Assembly: GCA_002104945.1 (NCBI GenBank)
Contig: MCFH01000053.1
Location: 248,001-312,000 of the forward strand
Reading direction: 5' to 3'
Length of the DNA: 64,000 bases
Origin: Piromyces finnis finn
Taxonomy: Eukaryota > Fungi > Neocallimastigomycota
Part shown: positions 53,793 to 64,000 of the stretch, in pieces
How the letters are laid out: every line of letters starts with the position of its first letter
Position numbering within the stretch: the stretch's first letter is position 1
Notes under the pieces: model-generated
The model's input: the letters and a program-made list of their open reading frames with translations, nothing else
The model's database searches: none
What the model was told of the DNA's origin: nothing
Position numbers and translations under genes: made by a program

Positions 53793-56419
53793 TTATCTAA
53801 CATATTCTGAGTTTGCGTTTTCTATAGGGATATCTTGAGATGAAGAGGAAATAGTTTCTTTTTCCTTGAAACATTTTATTTTTTTAGAATAACAATTATT
53901 CAATGATTCGAATATTCGTTTCTTTTTTAAATTAGTTTCTTTTTGTTCTTGAGAAGGATGCTCTAACTTTGTTTTTATTTCATTTTCATATTTAACTTTT
54001 TCTTCTTCACTAAATATGCCATTAACACCAACAGTGTCAATGATTTTTAAAAGATCTTTTAGACGACGTTGGTTCACACCTTCAAGAACTGTTAAAAGAT
54101 CATATACAATGGAAGAATGAACTTTACTATCGTGCTTATAATCTTTATGATGAGTTATGAAATCTCTAATCCAAACAGCATCAGTAACTAATTCTCCACT
54201 AGCTCTTTTTGAAATAAAGTTAATGTAAAAGTTTAATTTATTAAAAACATCCTTTTCAACTTCAGATTTAGAAAGGTATTCACAAACCAGACATAAAAGA
54301 CCTGGGAATGTACCCTTTTCATCTTCAAAACCATTAATGATTTGATCAATAGTCATTAGCTCATAAGTATCATCCTCTATTTCATTTTCTTGAAGTGGAA
54401 GAATGTTTCTTCTAAACCAAAACTTTTTAGTTCTAGCTGCATCTCTTACTTGAGCAACTTGCATATTTTCATCAATTTTTGAAATTGGAATATAGAAATT
54501 CAAATTTAATGCCTTAATAGTTCTAGTAAGAAGTAATAGGAAAATAGAGAAAGCAGCGTTAGCAAAATCTGTTAATTGAATTTCCATACTTCTAAATTCT
54601 ATACGCCATCCAATATCAGAATTTGGTGGTGGTGGTTTAAATCTTAAAGTTTGCCAATTTGTGGATTGAATATTTTCAAAATGATCTGTACTATTTTCAT
54701 CATCTTGGTAAAGTAATTCATTAAAAATAACTAATGGATCACGAATAAAAAGATGTGCTATATGCTTAGCTAATAAATCATCAACATCATGATTAATTAA
54801 GTTATTATAAATATCCTTATCATATACTAAATCAATATCATTGTATTTCTCTTTAAATGTATTCTTCTTAGAATTATCATGTCCTGTTTTAGCATAATCT
54901 GGTCCAATAGATAAATAACTATCAATAGAATCATATCTTGATTTATTAATTTTTTCAAATGGTTGTCCATTTTCCTTAATTTCTCCTGGAAGGGCTTCTC
55001 TTAATCCTCTTTCAATTGGATTACGATCATCAACACTTCCTGAAATAACATTCCATCTACAATCAGTATCAACAAGGTATCCTTTGTAGGCTGGGGCACC
55101 TGCTGAAAGTGCTAAAAGAATTGGTGTTATTGGTGCTAATGAATCGTAAATAAAACGAGCTTCTTGTATTTCTGAAGCTTGGAAAGTAACTTGAAGACAT
55201 GAACAACCCATACCAAAACACATACAATCCAAATATACATGATCTTCTTTTGCTGGAACTATAACTTCTGGTAAAGTATATTGATTATTATGATATTCAG
55301 ATTTTAAAGTTTCTTGGTTGATTGGCTCATTAAGAGAGTGACAGTAAATACTCTCACTATCACTACCGTCCGAACCGGAAGAAATTGAAGGAGAATAAAG
55401 GGTATTATCATTTTTATCAATTGGTTGACTTTTATTTTGATGTTTAGCAAAACGATCTACAAATAATGATATTGATTCCGGAATTGATTCTTTAAAAGGT
55501 TTTGGAGTTAAATGATCTTTATAAATAGGAAGATTTACAGCAACTTTACTACCACGGCGTTGTCGAATATTAGCTGTTAAAGTTGGGAAACGTGCATGAT
55601 CTGTAATTGCTTGATCGGGTATAAAAAGACTTTGACTACAAGATGGCTTTGAATTATCTAAAATTTCTTCTAATGATAATTGATCTTCATATTTCCTAAA
55701 ATCAATATTTTTAAAAAGGTCTGGAGATAATGAAATAAGTTTTGGATCTGGATTTGGATGATAATAATTTGGATAAAGAAAATCTGGTGCTCCTAATGTA
55801 GGGAAAGCAGTAATAGAAACAACTACTTCATTTTTCCCAAGTTTTTCACGAATTAATTTACGTCTTAACTTCATATTATCTTCTACTTTTAATAAATCTT
55901 TTAATTTAGAACCGTAAGGCAAACCTGGTGTTCCTTCAATCATATATTTTGCATATTCTGGTTTCCAAGACGCTTGATAATTTTGTCTATTTATTTAATC
56001 AATATTAATTTTATTTTAATATTTATTTAACTATTAGTGTATCAATTTTTAATATATACTTACTGTAATAATTCGTCTTCTTGAAGATTACTCAATATTT
56101 CTGCTGCATTTAAACTTAATCTTGCGACCTTATTATTTTTATCCATATTTACTATAGAATATTCAATCTATATTTGTTTAAAAAAAAAATCAATATATAC
56201 TCATACTCACTTTTTCATCTTTTATAAATATATTTATCTTTTTTTATTTATATATATACATACTTCATCTCCCCAAAGTAAATCTTCTGAATCTTTTTTT
56301 GTACCTGACACTTTTTCCCATACATTTAAAAATTGTGTTATTCCATGACCATGAATAAAATCAGACTTCTTTTTGGCATCATCCCAAGTCATTGGGGTAC
56401 CAAGACTTAATAAACCCAT
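53793..56419 (-). CDS. GSH1: Glutamate-cysteine ligase catalytic subunit; exons 56419-56264, 56167-56064, 55986-53793
   Basis: MGLLSLGTPMTW, LLWGDEIEY, WKPEYAKYMIEGTPG, YLDCMCFGMGCSCLQVTFQ, DCRWNVISGSVDDR, KSRYDSID, FENIQSTNWQTLRFKPPP, GWRIEFRSME. Introns keep the frame. Confidence 0.96.
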
Positions 56420-58397
56420 TTATTATAATAAAAAATAAAAATTTATATGATATTAACTAGAGAATGTTGAATATTTATTTGAATTACAATATTAAATTAT
56501 TTTTAGAACAATTTTTTTTTTTTTGAATGCTTTTTTAATATTTATCTTAAGATTTTTTTAAATAACAATTTTTTTTAAAAAGAATATTAAAAATAAAGAG
56601 AAATGAAAATTCAATATTTATTAAGTTTCTTATACTGTCAATAATTTAAATGTTCAATTTATCTTTTTTTTTTTTACTGTTTTAAACTTTTATCAAAAAT
56701 AATTTAACACATTTAAAAAAAAATTTTTTTTTTTTACTTTTTTTAAAATATTTATATCAAAATTCTTCAATATTAAAAAGTTTAAATAATATATAAATAT
56801 ATAATTGTTAATATATTTAAATATATATTATAATATAATTTATCCATCATCAAGATTAATTTATTAATATATATTATAGTACATTATATATATTGAGATT
56901 ATATATTATCTAGTAATTGAATTTAAATAAGAATTAAATAATAATATATTTTAAATATAAAATTTAAAAACTATTACCAAATATTAGTTTATATTTTATT
57001 TTTATTATATAAAGCGGAAATATGCCCCACCTTTTTTTTTTTAAAAATAAAAAATTTAATATTTAAAAGAATTCTATAATGACAATAAATTATATATTTA
57101 TTATTAATAATACAAAAAAAAAATTATTTTTTATTAAAAGAATAATTTACATTTTTTTACCAAAAGTAATAGTAGTAATAATACCAAAAGTGATGTAGTT
57201 ATAATAAGAAACAATAAACAACAATACTAACAAGAATAAATAATAAAATATAATAATATATTATTATATATATTAATATTTAACTAGAGTTCCCTTCTTA
57301 TTACCTTTTAAGAATTTCATATTTATTTACAAAAATTATTTATAAAGTAATTATAGATTGCCTTTTAATTAAAGTTTTATCTATAATACGATTAATGAAA
57401 AATAAACTAATTTCCATTAACACTACTTAATATAATTATGTATACAAATGTATATTTAAATTATTTATATTTAAAATTTGTAATGTATACATCAAGTTTA
57501 AAATTAAAAAAAATTATTATAATTTTAGTTGAAATAAAATGTAAATGTATTAGATTTTAAAATATAATCTATTAATATTTAATTGTAGATTTTTCATTAA
57601 TAATTTTTTTTTTATGTGATATAAATTTCACTTTTTAAATTCCACTAATTTTGCCTTTTATTATTAATTAAAAATAAAATGTAACATTAAACAAAAAACA
57701 AAAAGACTAAATAAGAAAAAAAAATAATTTAAAATTTATATTATTAGTAAGAGAGTGCATATTTATATTGTAATATAGAAAGATATAGATAAATTAAAAT
57801 GCTAAAATTATTATTATTATCTTAGCCTATTTTCTATATTTATTTCTATAAAGTATTTATTAAAATACTAAATGTTTAAAATTATAAATCCTTAATTATG
57901 CTCAATATAAGTAATTACTATTTAATTGAATAGAGTTATATATAGTTATTATTACTTTACTAATGAAATGTGTAAAACAATGTAATAAATGTGAATTTAA
58001 TATTTCATTCTTCAAATAAGTTTGATAAATATATTTATCAAAAAATAACACTAAGAGGTATAAGATAAAAAGTTTATTAAACTTACATAAAAGATTTAGT
58101 TATATTATATTTAGTAATGAATATAATTCATAAGAAAATAATAAAAGCATCCCATTTATATCAATTTAATTCATATAAATAAATAAAAACATCTCAATTT
58201 TTAATTTTAAGAATTAAATAAAAGTTTTTTTTTTTTTTTTTTTTTTTTTTTTCGCTATAATTTAGTACTTGAATTATTTAATTATTTTATTATTTTATTA
58301 ATATAAAATGGGTAAAGCAAAAATAATGATATAATTTTTAATATTATTTCATACATGTTTTTATTAGAGTTTAGTCGTTTTATTTAATAAATAACTC

Positions 58398-64000
<5,603 letters not shown>

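Overview
Extremely AT-rich eukaryotic DNA with GT-AG introns and dockerin-tagged CotH genes, which points to an anaerobic gut fungus (Neocallimastigomycota; inferred). From left to right: (1) intronless adenylosuccinate lyase (ADE13). (2) An 11.7-kb nested retroelement locus (2121-13855): an intact Ty1/Copia LTR element with a 5-bp TSD (GATCA) and LTRs identical by eye, whose 5' LTR is split by an apparently full-length single-ORF APE-type LINE with a 14-bp TSD and a 57-nt poly(A). (3) Histidinol-phosphate aminotransferase (HIS5). (4) Four 3-exon CotH-kinase/double-dockerin paralogs; the first is separated from the other three by a minus-strand APC6/Cdc16 gene with a very long terminal exon. 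(5) TAF1. (6) Glutamate-cysteine ligase (GSH1). (7) The 3' part of a TopBP1-like multi-BRCT gene. The most unusual signals are: a tandemly duplicated 124-nt multi-hairpin module at the exact 5' tip of the LINE, where all four internal differences between the copies preserve base pairing; a Copia primer-binding site complementary to the anticodon arm of tRNA-Lys(CUU), implying half-tRNA priming; and a CotH array that combines a hypervariable low-complexity insert in exon 2 with a homogenised catalytic exon. All alignments, folds and gene models were done by eye, not computed.
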